DNA from: Eledone cirrhosa
Taxonomy: Eukaryota
NCBI GenBank assembly: GCA_964016885.1
Contig: OZ024743.1
Location: 220,348,001 to 220,412,000, forward strand
Direction: 5' to 3'
DNA: 64,000 nucleotides
Positions within the stretch are counted from its first letter, which is position 1, and the number at the start of each line of letters is the position of its first letter. Positions 1 to 12,005 of the stretch are shown here, one piece after another. The translations under genes were made by a program, and so were the position numbers. Below the pieces are notes generated by a model. That model had not been told where the DNA came from, ran no database searches, and saw only the letters and a program-made list of their open reading frames with translations.

Positions 1-52
1 CCGAACTTATGTCTGAACGTGTAGGAGCAACACTAAGTATTTTACTACATAC

Positions 53-115
<63 letters not shown>

Positions 116-116
<1 letters not shown>

Positions 117-724
117 GTGAAGATAGACATAGAATATTCGAAAATATTCTGTATGTTTATAATAAACATTTTGAAGACCTAATCGCTATAGAATAGAATA
201 CGTCACGTATTACAATTAGATTCTCGATAAAAGCAAGGGAAGTAACCTACGCGTTTCATTCTTATTAGAAATCTTCAGGATTACATATCCAGTGCTTTTA
301 TCGAGAATGACACAGCTAGAGACTTATAGAATACTTAGCTGTGTACAGGAACTGGTTTGAAAGAGCGGTTGCCGGTCCGGCAGAAATTAGAAATTGGATT
401 AAATGCTCTGAAATAGCGATATATATGTGAAGATAGACATAGAATATTCGAAAATATTCTGTATGTTTATAATAAACATTTTGAAGACCTAATCGCTATA
501 GAATAGAATACGTCACGTATTACAATTAGATTCTCGATAAAAGCAAGGGAAGTAACCTACTTTTATCCCTTGCTTTTATCGAGAATCTAATTGTAATACG
601 TGACGTATTCTATTCTATAGCGATTAGGTCTTCAAAATGTTTATTATAAACATACAGAATATTTTCGAATATTCTATGTCTATCTTCACATATATATCGC
701 TATTTCAGAACATTTAATCCAATT
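116..724 (-). mobile_element. Non-autonomous PLE-type element: 310-bp direct repeat, HHR and inverted terminus
   Basis: 116-250 is repeated at 426-560; ~567-724 is an inverted copy; flanked by (TTA)n; contains HHR 242-284. Confidence 0.75.
242..284 (-). ncRNA. Minimal type I hammerhead ribozyme
   Basis: Minus strand: gtaatc-CTGAAGA-tttc taataa gaat-GAAA-CGCG-TA-ggttac; 6-bp stem I, palindromic ACGCGT stem III, GUA site. Confidence 0.85.
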
Positions 725-919
725 ATTATTATTATTATTATTATTATTAATTGTCGTTTCTCCTCTGTACCTAATCAAAAATAATCCCTTATTATATCTT
801 TCGTTCTTGTCCCCCGGTCTACATCCCTGCTCTCTGCTATGGGAGCGGAGTTAGCTGCCCTCAGGTGGAGTGGCTGTTCCAGTGCGTCTCCCGATGTTTC
901 GTTGGATGAGGAAATGTAC

Positions 920-1885
920 TTGCGAATTCAGAAATTCGGAAATCTCGAAAAGAGAGTGCCGGTGGATCATGGCATCAATAACAAGACCAAGATAAGTGAG
1001 TAGAAGGCCAGCATACTGAGCGCTCTTGTGTACACAACGGAAATGTGGACACTACATTGTAGTCACCTCAGGTTTCGTGAACACTTCAATCAGAAATGTT
1101 AAAGACGAATCATCAACATTAAGTGTCATATAAACATACTTGACACACACATTTTTATAGATGCTGAATACGCAAGCATTTAATCTGCCACAATATCCTC
1201 TCAAATGCGTTGGGTAAGGTCTTGTAGTACGTATGAATGATGATAGACTATTTTACAGTCAATTGCACACTGGGAAAACCAAGGAAAAGATATAGACTGC
1301 ATAAAAACCATAATGTTCTACAGATTGAAATTCAGAACTAAGAAGTGCTAGCTTTAAAGAGGGTTGAATGGAGAGTACATGTAAAGGAAGGCTGCAGAAT
1401 TCTTGAAGAGAGACATCTTGACTATGAAAAACTTAAGCGTCAACTTTGAATAGGCCACAGTATAAACCTAACTAAGTACATAAGGAGCTAGAGATTTGAA
1501 GTGTGTGATCGTCTAATTCTCTCTAAATCTGGCTACATGAAAGACCCACTATGAAATCACACAAAAGACTCACTCTGTGCAGCACTATCCCTCAAACACG
1601 AGTTGAGAAAAAATATGGTGCGCAGGAAAATCTGCAAATCAATTTCTGGTCTTAAAAGGCATATGAGAGTGCATAAGGAAGACATCCGACAAACTGACCC
1701 AATCAATCCAATAAAGGAGGTGGGGGAGGGGGAAACATGTTTTGTCTGTCTTATTTGTTGCAGATCGTGCAAATCTGCAGCTGGACTTAAGTGGTTATGA
1801 ACGGATGTTTGGGGTTGGTGACGAAGTTGGGAGATATACAGAGAGACGAAACACCATCTGCAAAGATGAAGGGATCAATATCTAC
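920..1885 (+). mobile_element. Decayed RTE-clade LINE, 3' fragment
   Basis: Disrupted reading LLYTTEMWTL...EHFNQKC*RRIINIK and terminal C2H2-like motifs ICKSISGLKRHMRVH and CLICCRSCKSAAGLK. Confidence 0.7.
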
Positions 1886-1925
1886 CTATCTATATCTATA
1901 TCTATCTATATATATATATGTATAT

Positions 1926-2838
1926 ATTGCACCCTCAGATATATATTAACCTTATTCAACATTCTCCAGTATGTAGAGAAAAATCCTGTCGTTCTATTTA
2001 GTTGCTAAAAATCTTTTGGTAGCGATCATAGACGGCTAGTCTACGATTTCCCGCCTTCACTATACACCAATGTATTTACGGGTCACTTTCACGACCTTTC
2101 AGACCTGTATTAGTTGGAGTGAGGTCATATATTTTGTCGTTCCTGGGGTTTTTAACCCTAGGACAGGAAAATGCTTCTCTGATGATCGTTGCTTTTCCAT
2201 TAATATCCTCGTGATATCTAATGTTTTGCATCGTGAAACTGTACAGTTAGGGCCATTTGAATAGGTAAATATTTATATTATATTTTTTTATTTTGATTAA
2301 TTTTAATTGTATATTAATTTTGATTTATTTTGAAAAATTGGTTGAATTTTACTTGTTCTGCATATCTCGATATTAAGTTCTGGTATATCAAATTATTACC
2401 ATAGAACCACCTTAAATCATAGACACACTATATATTTCCGGGGGTACATTGTACCCTCAGATATATATTAACCTTATTCAATAATCTCCAGTATGTAAAG
2501 ATAAAAATTTGTCGTTCTATTTAGTTACTAAAAATCTTTTTTTAGTGGCGACTATAGACGGCGAGTTTACGATTTCCCGCCTTCACTATACATCAATGTA
2601 TTTACGGGTCACTTTCACGACCTTTTAGACCTGTATTAGTTGGAGTGAGGTCATATATTTTGTCGTTCCTGGGGTTTTTAACCCTAGGACAGGAAAATGC
2701 TTCTCTGATGATCGTTGCTTTTCCATATAGGTAAATATTTATATTATATTTTTTAATTTTGATTAATTTTAATTGTATATTAATTTTGATTTATTTTGAA
2801 AAATTGGTTGAATTTTACTTGTTCTGCTTATCTCGATA
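1926..2838 (+). mobile_element. Non-autonomous HHR element, ~522-bp tandem repeat (~1.8 copies) in (TA)n
   Basis: Unit starts at 1926 and 2448; the first copy has a full HHR, the second has an internal deletion through it. Confidence 0.75.
2175..2252 (+). ncRNA. Type I hammerhead ribozyme with extended stem II
   Basis: ttct-CTGATGA-tCGtTGC..(cattaatatc/gatatctaatg)..GCAtCGt-GAAA-CTGTACAG-TT-aggg; palindromic ACTGTACAGT, GUU site. Confidence 0.8.
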
Positions 2839-2902
2839 TATATATATATATATATACATACATTCATAAATACACACACACGGACACACATACACACACA
2901 CT

Positions 2903-3012
<110 letters not shown>

Positions 3013-3111
3013 CATACTTACATATAACATATATATATACTACTTTTCATATGTTGATTTAAAACTGAACTATCCACAAGTGTTTTTTAACCTTCATATC
3101 ATGTCTTCCTG

Positions 3112-3178
3112 TTTTATCTGATGAAAACACAAATATTATTGCATGATGATATTTGTTTTTGAAATGCGCATAATAAAA
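3112..3178 (+). ncRNA. Type I hammerhead ribozyme (family shared with 11628-11972)
   Basis: ttttat-CTGATGA-16 bp stem II-GAAA-TGCGCA-TA-ataaaa; perfect stem I, ATGCGCAT palindrome; element spans ~3045-3306. Confidence 0.85.
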
Positions 3179-3308
3179 TACATGGAACTCTTTTAACCAT
3201 CTTTTGTTCTTATATATTATGTATACTCCAGTCCTACAAACTGTAGAGTGCTTCTTATCCGATATCTGCATTGCTTTATTGTACTACAATAAAACTCACC
3301 TCCTACAT

Positions 3309-3363
<55 letters not shown>

Positions 3364-4708
3364 ACATGTATGTATGTGTGTGTGTGTGTGTGTGTGGGTG
3401 TGTGTGTGCGTGCGCATGTATGTGCGTGTGTTTGTGTTTGTGTGTGTGTTTATTTGTACCTTCCTATGTAAGCTACTACCTAATTCTAAACTCTTACATG
3501 CAATTTTAATCGACTCGTATTTAAAGACAATCTTTACATAACCACATACGTCAGAATTATACGAGGTGATGTTTAGTATATAATATTAAAAAGACTAATT
3601 CTATTAATATCAACACTGCACTTTAATTGGGAGAAATACTTACTGAGTATATATCTAAGTATAAAGGATAATGTGCTCAAGCGCATAGATGCTATAAAAT
3701 AGCTTATAAAATAGGGTGAAGACCCCTAAAAACGGAAAAAGAAGTTGCCATCGATTTTCCACCTTTTAAGGGTCTTCATTCTGTTTTATATTCTATTTTA
3801 TAAAATCTATGCGCTTATATATATTCTCAACCCTTAAAAATCCGAGAATTCTTACGTACATTGTTTGCTTACTAAGTATTTTCAGTTGCCTTCAAGATTC
3901 TTTATTTTCCGATTTAGTCTTAGTAAATTTCATACAAAAACTCGTTTTAGTTAGCGTATGATACATTATTACTGTACAACAAAGCAGCAACAGCAATCGC
4001 AATAATAACAATAATAATAATGTTTTCTACTATACACACAAGACCAGCAATTTTAGGGGAGGGGAAAGTCGATTAAATCGACCCCAGTGGAATACTGGTA
4101 TATTAATTTATCGACCCCGTAAGGAAAGCGAACTTAAAGTTAAAATATATATATGTATTAAAAAAAGAAGAGAGTCGGTTTCAAATATTTAACTTCAGTT
4201 TATTACATTACAACTGTTATGTGCATTTTGAAGACACCTGAAATGACAAAATCCCAACTGTTATTTAGCAATGTTTATTTAATGCAGTTAATAGTTTGTG
4301 TAGATTTGAAACCATGTGGTACATGTGAGAAGTAATTCTTTTAATGTTTCAATGTTAAACTTATTCATCACCATTGTATAATATGTTTTGTTTGGTTACT
4401 GTCGCTTCGTGGCTCTAATTCAGGTTTTACCTCTGTTATTATAGAGCGAGTAGCTGATCTGCCGGTTCGAGAAAATATATAATGCCATAACGCATTATAG
4501 TACCGTAACCATTGTGAAACCATAGCATATATTATTTAATTTTTTCTTACACAACAACTAAATGTATATTCCCACATATACACACACGCCAGCGCCAACA
4601 GTTTTGCAAGAGATGTCAACCTGAATGGACCTATTATTTTTATCTAAAGACATTTTTTTCCAATTCCAGCCTGCCCGTCCCCTCAATCTATCTTATTTCT
4701 CATTCTTT

Positions 4709-4743
4709 CTTCTGATGAAGGACTAGCGTCCGAGACGTTAAGG
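4709..4743 (+). ncRNA. Degenerate minimal HHR
   Basis: ctt-CTGATGA-a-GGAC tagc GTCC-GAGA-CGTTA-agg; GAAA is mutated to GAGA. Confidence 0.55.
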
Positions 4744-5077
4744 CCCTCTTCCTGCTATATCAATATATAACCTAATATATCACTGCCATATACTGTACCG
4801 ATTGTGTTGTTATTTCTGTTTAACTTTTACATATATATTTATGCATATATACACATATATACATATATTTACATATACATATATACACATATACATATAT
4901 TTACATATACCTATATATACGTATACACATATATATATATATATACATATACATAAATATATACATATACATATATATACATATATACATATATATACAT
5001 ATATATACATATACATACACATACATACATATACATATACATGCATTTTTTTTTTTAATCGATCAACTTTTTGTCAA

Positions 5078-5275
5078 ATCGGACCGAGGAAACAATGTTT
5101 CCATTGGTCTTTCCAATAGCTAATACTATCTATCGGTCGCAACTCCAGGTAGAAGGAGCAACGTGAAATAAAGTGTCTTACTCAAGGACATAACGCATCG
5201 CCTGGACCGTGAATCGAACTCACAACCTCACAATTGCGAATCCAATTCTCTAACCACTCAGCCACGCGCCTTCAC
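5078..5275 (-). mobile_element. tRNA-derived SINE, family B
   Basis: Near-identical inverted copy of 11380-11595; A box TGGCTGAGTGG and B box GAGTTCGATTC. Confidence 0.8.
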
Positions 5276-5808
5276 ACACATATATATATATATATATACA
5301 TATACATACATATACATACATATACATATATATGCATATACATACATATACATATATATATATACATATATAAATATACGTATATATATATATATATATA
5401 ATATGTTGAAAAGGTAACACACTAGAGAGAGATATACAGTGCGCTATCAATAACACAGTTTTATTGATAGCGCACTGTATATCTCTCTCTAGTGTGTTAC
5501 CTTTTCAACATATTGTATTTTAAAGAGCTCAGGATTTCTTCTCCTTTGAGCACATTATTTACAGGGAATGGCGAGTGTCTATGGCTCCGTTAATTTATCG
5601 TGATATTTCGCTCCTTATAACAGTCTTTCCTATCTTTCTGTTTGGTTGAGCACACGTCTCTGAGTCGTTTTGGGCTGCCCTTTCTAGCAGCTCGTCCCTC
5701 AGCGGCCACTGGTTCACTGCCCTTAAACTCGCTGTGGCTTCTCTCTCCCACATGTAGCTGGACAGTCACTTTTAAATTCTCTTAGTGTTGTCTGAAATGT
5801 ATACCCTT

Positions 5809-5890
5809 ACACACACTGAGGAAGCGGGGTTACTCCATTTCTGTCAACAACTTACTGGCGAAACAGATCTCTTTGGATTTGTACGTGTGT
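5809..5890 (+). ncRNA. Type I HHR, array unit 1
   Basis: acacaca-CTGAGGA-a-GC...GC-GAAA-CAGATC tctttg GATTTG-TA-cgtgtgt. Confidence 0.8.
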
Positions 5891-6351
5891 TATATAGTTA
5901 TAGAGGTATTTATTTACGCTTTAATTTATATTTTTAATTATCGTGTCTATAGTCTGCCTTTCATAGGTTATAGACTCCATACACTAGTGGTTTTTTCCCT
6001 GTTTTATTGATAGCACACTGTATATCTCTCTCTAGTGTGTTACCTTTTCAACATATTGTATTGTAAAGAGCTCAGGATTACTTCTCCTTTGAGCACATTA
6101 TTTACAGGGAATGGCGAGTTTCTATGGCTCCGTTAATTTATCGTGATATTTCGCTCCTTATAACAGTCTTTCCTATCACTCTGTTTGGTTGAGCACACTT
6201 CTCTGGGTCGTTTTGGGCTGCCCTTTCTAGCAGCTCGTCCCTCAGAGGCCACTGGTTCACTGCTCTTAAACACGCTGTGACTTCTCTCTCCCACGTGTAG
6301 CTGGACAGTCACTTTTAAATTTTCTTAGGGTTGTCTGAAATGTATAGCCTT

Positions 6352-6433
6352 ACACACGCTGAGGAACAGGGGTTACTCCATTTCTCTCAACAACTTACTG
6401 GCGAAACAGATCTCTTTGGATTTGTACTTGTGT
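6352..6433 (+). ncRNA. Type I HHR, array unit 2
   Basis: acacacg-CTGAGGA...CAGGGGTT/AACTTACTG...GAAA-CAGATC/GATTTG-TA-cttgtgt. Confidence 0.8.
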
Positions 6434-6876
6434 TATATAGTTATGTGTGTTATATTTTTAATTATCGTGTCTATAGTCTGCCTTTCATAGGTTATAGATC
6501 CCATACACTGGTGGTTTTTTCCCTGTTTTATTGATAGCGCATGGTATATCTCTCTCTAGTGTGTTACCTTTTCAACATATTGTATTTTAAAGAGCTCAGG
6601 ATTTCTTCTCCATTGAGCACTCTATTTACAGGGAATGGCGAGTGTCTATGGCTCCGTTAATTTATGGTGATATTTCGCTCCTTATAACAGTCTTTCCTAT
6701 CTCTCTGTTTGGTTGAGCACACTTCTCTGAGTGGTTTTGGGCTGCCCTTTCTAGCAGCTCGTCCCTCAGCGGCCACTGGTTCACTGCCCTTAAACACGCT
6801 GTGACTTCTCTCTCCCACGTGTAGCTGGACAGTCACTTTTATAATACTCTTAGTGTTGTCTGAAATGTATAGCCTT

Positions 6877-6958
6877 ACACACGCTGAGGAACCGTGGTTA
6901 CTCCATTTCTGTCTACAACTTCCTGGCGAAACAGATCTCTTTGTATTTGTACGTGTGT
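6877..6958 (+). ncRNA. Type I HHR, array unit 3
   Basis: Perfect 7-bp stem I acacacg/cgtgtgt; CTGAGGA, GAAA and GUA intact. Confidence 0.82.
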
Positions 6959-7838
6959 TATATATTTATTGAGGTATTTATTTACGCTTTAATTTATATT
7001 TTTAATTATCGTGTCTATAGTCTGCCTTTCATAGGTTATAGATTCCATACACTGATAGTTTTTCCCCTGTTTTATTGTTAGCGTACTGTATATCTCTCTC
7101 TAGTGTGTTACCTTTTCAACATATTGTATTTTAATGAGCTCAGGATTTCTTCTCATTTGAGCACATTATTTACAGGGAATGGCGAGTGTCTATGGCTCCG
7201 TTAATTTATCGTGATATTTCGCTCGTTATAACAGTCTTTCCTATCTCTCTGTTTGGTTGAGCACACTTCTCTGAGTGGTTTTGGCTGCCCTTTCTAGCAG
7301 CTCGTCCCTCAGAGGCCACTGGTTCACTGCTCTTAAACACGCTGTGACTTCTCTCTCCCACGTGTAGCTGGACAGTCAGTTTTAAAATTCTCTTAGTGTT
7401 GTNNNNNNNNNNNNNNNNNNNNNNNNNNNNNNNNNNNNNNNNNNNNNNNNNNNNNNNNNNNNNNNNNNNNNNNNNNNNNNNNNNNNNNNNNNNNNNNNNN
7501 NNNNNNNNNNNNNNNNNNNNNNNNNNNNNNNNNNNNNNNNNNNNNNNNNNNNNNNNNNNNNNNNNNNNNNNNNNNNNNNNNNNNNNNNNNNNNNNNNNNN
7601 NNCCCTGTAAATAATGTGCTCCCTTAAGGAGATGGATATTCTGGCTCTTTAACATCTACCAATCTCTGTTGAAGGTTAGCACACTACTCTGAGTGGTATG
7701 GGGCTGACCTTTCGAGCAGATCGTACCTCAGAGACCCCTCCTTCACTGCCCTTAAACACTCTGTGACTTCTCTCTCCCACGTGTAGCTGGACAGTCACTT
7801 TTATAATTCTCTTAGTGTTGTCTGAAATGTATAGCCTT

Positions 7839-7920
7839 ACACACGCTGAGGAACCGTGGTTACTCAATTTCTGTCAACAACTTACTGGCGAAACAGATCT
7901 CTTTGCATTTGTACGTGTGT
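7839..7920 (+). ncRNA. Type I HHR, array unit after gap
   Basis: acacacg-CTGAGGA...GAAACAGAT...ATTTGTA-cgtgtgt. Confidence 0.8.
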
Positions 7921-8380
7921 TATATGGTTATAGAGGTATTTACTTACGCTTAATTTATATTTTTAATTATCGTGTCCATAGTCTGCTTTCATAGGTTATA
8001 GATTCCATACACTGGTGCTTTTTTCCCTGTTTTATTGATAGCGCACTGTATATCTCTCTCTAGTGTGTTACCTTTTCAACATATTGTATTTTAAAGAGCT
8101 CAGGATTTCTTCTCCTTTGAGCACATTATTTACAGGGAATGGCGAGGGTCTATGGCTCCGTTAATTTATCGTGATATTTCGCTCCTTATAACAGTCTTTC
8201 CTATCACTCTGTTTGGTTGAGCACACTTCTCTGAGTCGTTTTGGGCTGCCCTTTCTAGCAGCTCGTCCCCCAGAGGCCACTGGTTCACTGCTCTTAAACA
8301 GGCTGTGACTTCTCTCTCCCACGTGTAGCTGGACAGTCACTTTTAAAATTTTCTTAGTGTTGTCTGAAATGTATAGCCTT

Positions 8381-8462
8381 ACACACGCTGAGGAACTGTG
8401 GTTACTCCATTTCTGTCAACAACTTCCTGGCGGAACAGATCTCTTTGGATTTGTACTTGTGT
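8381..8462 (+). ncRNA. Type I HHR, array unit with core mutation
   Basis: Same motif but GAAA is GGAA; probably inactive. Confidence 0.7.
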
Positions 8463-8910
8463 TATATTGTTATAGAGGTATTTATTTACGCTTTAATTTA
8501 TATTTTCAATTATCGTGTCTATAGTCTGCTTTCATAGGTTATAGATTCCATACACTGGTGCTTTTTTCCCTGTTTTATTGATAGCATACTGTATATCTCT
8601 CTCTAGTGTGTTACCTTTTTCAACATATTGTATTTTAAAGAGCTTAGGATTTCTTCTCCTTTGAGCACATTATTTACAGGGAATGGCGAGGGTCTATTGC
8701 TCCGTTAATTTATCGTGATATTTCTTTCCTATCTCTCTGTTTGGTTGAGCACACTTCTCTGAGTCGTTTTGGGCTGCCCTCTCTAGCAGCTCGTCCCTCA
8801 GAGGCCACTGGTTCACTGCCCCTTAAACACGCTGTGACTTCTCTCTCCCCACGTGTAGCTGGACAGTCACTTTTAAAATTCTCTTAATGTTGTCTGAAAT
8901 GTATAGCCTT

Positions 8911-8992
8911 ACACACACTGAGGAAGCGGGGTTACTCTATTTCTGTCAACAACTTCCTGGCGAAACAGATCTCTTTGGATTTGTACGTGTTT
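8911..8992 (+). ncRNA. Type I HHR, last complete array unit
   Basis: CTGAGGA...GAAACAGATC/GATTTGTA intact. Confidence 0.78.
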
Positions 8993-9286
8993 TATATAGT
9001 TTAGAGGTATTTATTTACGCTTTAATTTATATTTTTAATTATCGTGTCTATAGTCTGCCTTTCATAGGTTATAGATTCCATACACTGGTGGTTTTTTCCC
9101 TGTTTTATTGATAGCGCACTGTATATCTCTCTCTAGTGTGTTACCTTTTCAACATATTGTATTTTAAAGACCTCAGGATTTCGTCTCCTTTGAGCACATT
9201 ATTTACAGGGAATGGCGAGGGTCTATGGTTCCGTTAATTTATCGTGATATATATATATATTATTCAAAATGTTTTAATAAATCTTA

Positions 9287-9358
9287 ATATATTTTGTCTG
9301 ATGAGGACGTACTGAAGAAACAACACAGTACCTTTGAAATATATATAATAATGTATAT
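9287..9358 (+). ncRNA. Type I HHR in a separate small element (9259-9500)
   Basis: atatattttgt-CTGATGA-ggacGTACTG..CAGTACcttt-GAAA-TATATA-TA-ataatgtatat; inverted tattattcaaaatgtt/aacattttgaataata ends. Confidence 0.6.
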
Positions 9359-9499
9359 ATTTTGATTATGAGAATATTTTTCATTAGTTAACATTTTGAA
9401 TAATATTAAAAACTCCAGGAAAACTTTTCTGGTTTAGTGGTTCTAATCTATTGTAAAATTGTATTCGTTGAGTAATCAACGAACCATACTAATCTTTGG

Positions 9500-9611
<112 letters not shown>

Positions 9612-9659
9612 AATATTAATGAAAAAGAACAAAGGAACTATTATGACATTACAACAAGT

Positions 9660-9715
9660 TTATTGCCGACAGCCGTTTCGTCCGACCATATGGTGGGACT
9701 TTTCAAGGCATATAA
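9660..9715 (-). ncRNA. Type I HHR, U3-A8 core variant
   Basis: Minus: tgcc-TTGAAAA-GTCC caccatatggtc GGAC-GAAA-CGGCTG-TC-ggca. Confidence 0.8.
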
Positions 9716-9950
9716 CATGTGATTGTAAGTTCATTATTTACATCAACGTTTCACTCAAGATTAGCAGTTTGAAATTGTGGTATACATCAGCAGCTCCGCT
9801 TGTATATTTGGGGTCTATATTCTAAGGGGGCTCTTTTATATTAGTTGTCGGAGTTGTAATATACAAGCGGAGCTGCTGATGTATACCACAATTTCAAACT
9901 GCTAATCTTGAGTGAAACGTTGATGTAAATAATGAACTTACAATCACATG

Positions 9951-10006
9951 TTATATGCTTTGAAAAGTCCCACCATATGGTCGGACGAAACGGCTGTCGG
10001 CAATAA
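9951..10006 (+). ncRNA. Type I HHR, U3-A8 core variant (inverted partner)
   Basis: tgct-TTGAAAA-GTCC...GGAC-GAAA-CGGCTG-TC-ggca. Confidence 0.8.
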
Positions 10007-10158
10007 ACTTGTTGTAAGTGTCATAATAGTTCCTTTGTTCTTTTTCATTAATATTTCTGCTCTGCTTATACGCATAGAGCTTAACTAGCTAACGTCGCAT
10101 ATTTGGTAGGTTAGCCGTGATCATCGCGATTCACATACGACCTACCATACATTTTGCT

Positions 10159-10215
<57 letters not shown>

Positions 10216-10346
10216 TAGCTAATTAGTAGTGTAGAGATAGAGTGGGTGTATGAGTATAGAGAGTATATATTACATATATTATATAGGTATATGATATACA
10301 TATATATAGAGTATATATATATATATATAATATATATATATATATG

Positions 10347-10398
<52 letters not shown>

Positions 10399-11304
10399 CA
10401 TATCTACCTATACTATATATATCTACACTCACATCCTCATATATACTCACTATCACTCTATATCACTATATCTATACTATCTCACACTACTCATCTACTA
10501 TCTATCACGCCTCCCACCCATCACCTCACATGTGAAATATAGAGATACGTAGGTAGTATAGAGATACAACATTTGATAAAATCTCATTACATTTCTTCGT
10601 GACAAAACCGTGTTATCTTTATTCCTTCAATATTAATTCTTAGAAATGAGTGATGAAGTTTATAACAGTAACTATATATTTTAAGAATTATAATATAACA
10701 AAATTTGAATATACTGATATATATATTAGCTAACTACTATCATCCCGAATATTTTAATTTGTCAAGCAATGCAGTCAAATTGCTGCTTTGTAATTTTAAA
10801 GACAGTTTTGTTGATGTAGTTTCGTGTGTATAGGACGTGCAAAGCTAAAGATATTGTGAGAAAAGCAATGAAGATAGGGAAATGAAATTATGTAATGGAC
10901 GTACTCCTTTCGCATCTGTGTTAACGGTGTGAATGTAAATAAAATGGAGATTTTCTTGGAATGGATACCAACTGGCTGATTCAGTTTCAAGACAACTGAC
11001 TTGTTGATAATTTTATACAAGTCCGAGAAAGATTTGTAGGTAAAATCTTATGAGGACACTTATATACAGCAACAAACACAGTCGATCTCACACAAACAAA
11101 CACATGCGACTACACACAGATAATTTTAATTCCAAGTACATTTCCTAAATCAATTTGGCAGGGAATAAAATTATGGCAGAGTACAACATTTGTACATGTT
11201 TTCATACAACACTCGATGATGTAAGATTTTAAGTATGCATGAATACAGAATCATATGTAAATACATTCATAAACACACATACATATGTATATACATGTAT
11301 GCAT

Positions 11305-11337
<33 letters not shown>

Positions 11338-11339
11338 CG

Positions 11340-11379
<40 letters not shown>

Positions 11380-11381
<2 letters not shown>

Positions 11382-11595
11382 AAGGCGTGTGGCTGAGTGG
11401 TTAGAGAATTGGATTCGCAATCGTGTGGTTGTGAGTTCGATTCCTGGACCAGGCGATGCGTTATGTCCTTGAGCAAGACACTTTATTTCACTTTGCTCCC
11501 TCTACCTGGAGTTGCGACCGATAGATAGTATTAGCAATTGGAAAAACCAACGGAAACATTGTTTCCTCGGTCCGATTTGACGAAAGTCGATCGTC
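11380..11595 (+). mobile_element. tRNA-derived SINE, family B
   Basis: Pol III A/B boxes; homologous to 5078-5275 and to the head at 36165-36296. Confidence 0.8.
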
Positions 11596-11596
11596 C

Positions 11597-11633
<37 letters not shown>

Positions 11634-11665
11634 AGATGAAAAGATGGTTAAAAGAGTCCCAAGTA

Positions 11666-11732
11666 TTTTATTATGCGCATTTCAAAAACAAATATCATCA
11701 TAGGATGATATCTGCGTTCTCATCAGATAAAA
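11666..11732 (-). ncRNA. Type I HHR (inverted arm of element 11628-11972)
   Basis: Reverse complement of 11780-11846; core intact. Confidence 0.82.
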
Positions 11733-11779
11733 TAGGGAAACATGATATGAAGTTTAAAAAACACTTGTGAGCAGTGAAG

Positions 11780-11846
11780 TTTTATCTGATGAGAACGCAG
11801 ATATCATCCCATGATGATATTTGTTTTTGAAATGCGCATAATAAAA
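11780..11846 (+). ncRNA. Type I HHR
   Basis: ttttat-CTGATGA-GAACGCAGATATCATC ccat GATGATATTTGTTTTT-GAAA-TGCGCA-TA-ataaaa. Confidence 0.85.
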
Positions 11847-11970
11847 TACTTGGAACTCTTTTAACCATCTTTTGATCTTATATTATTTATACTCCAGTCC
11901 TACAAACTGTAGAGTGCTACTTATCCGATATTTGCATTGCTTTATTGGGCTACAATAAAACTCACCTCCT

Positions 11971-12005
<35 letters not shown>

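Larger units (their letters stand above)
5402..9248 (+). repeat. ~543-bp tandem array with one HHR per unit (retrozyme-like), interrupted by an assembly gap
   Basis: Unit starts at ~5458, 6001, 6525, 7069, (gap 7403-7602), 8029, 8572, 9102; inverted 5' cap 5402-5455; (TA)n on both sides; no credible ORF. Confidence 0.9.

Noticed and set aside
1603-1800. Host C2H2 zinc-finger gene
   Set aside because: Lies at the end of a decayed RTE LINE ORF, where such fingers occur, and is disrupted.
4222-4328. TTGAAGA...GAAACCATGTGGTA possible long HHR
   Set aside because: Unpaired U3/G8 and poor stems I and II; probably a decayed copy but not supportable.
6331-9111. Short ORFs recurring in the 543-bp array units
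   Set aside because: Non-ATG starts, frame not conserved between units and no recognisable domain.
11380-11460. tRNA gene candidates from A/B box sequences
   Set aside because: They are SINE heads continuing into SINE bodies, without a proper cloverleaf.
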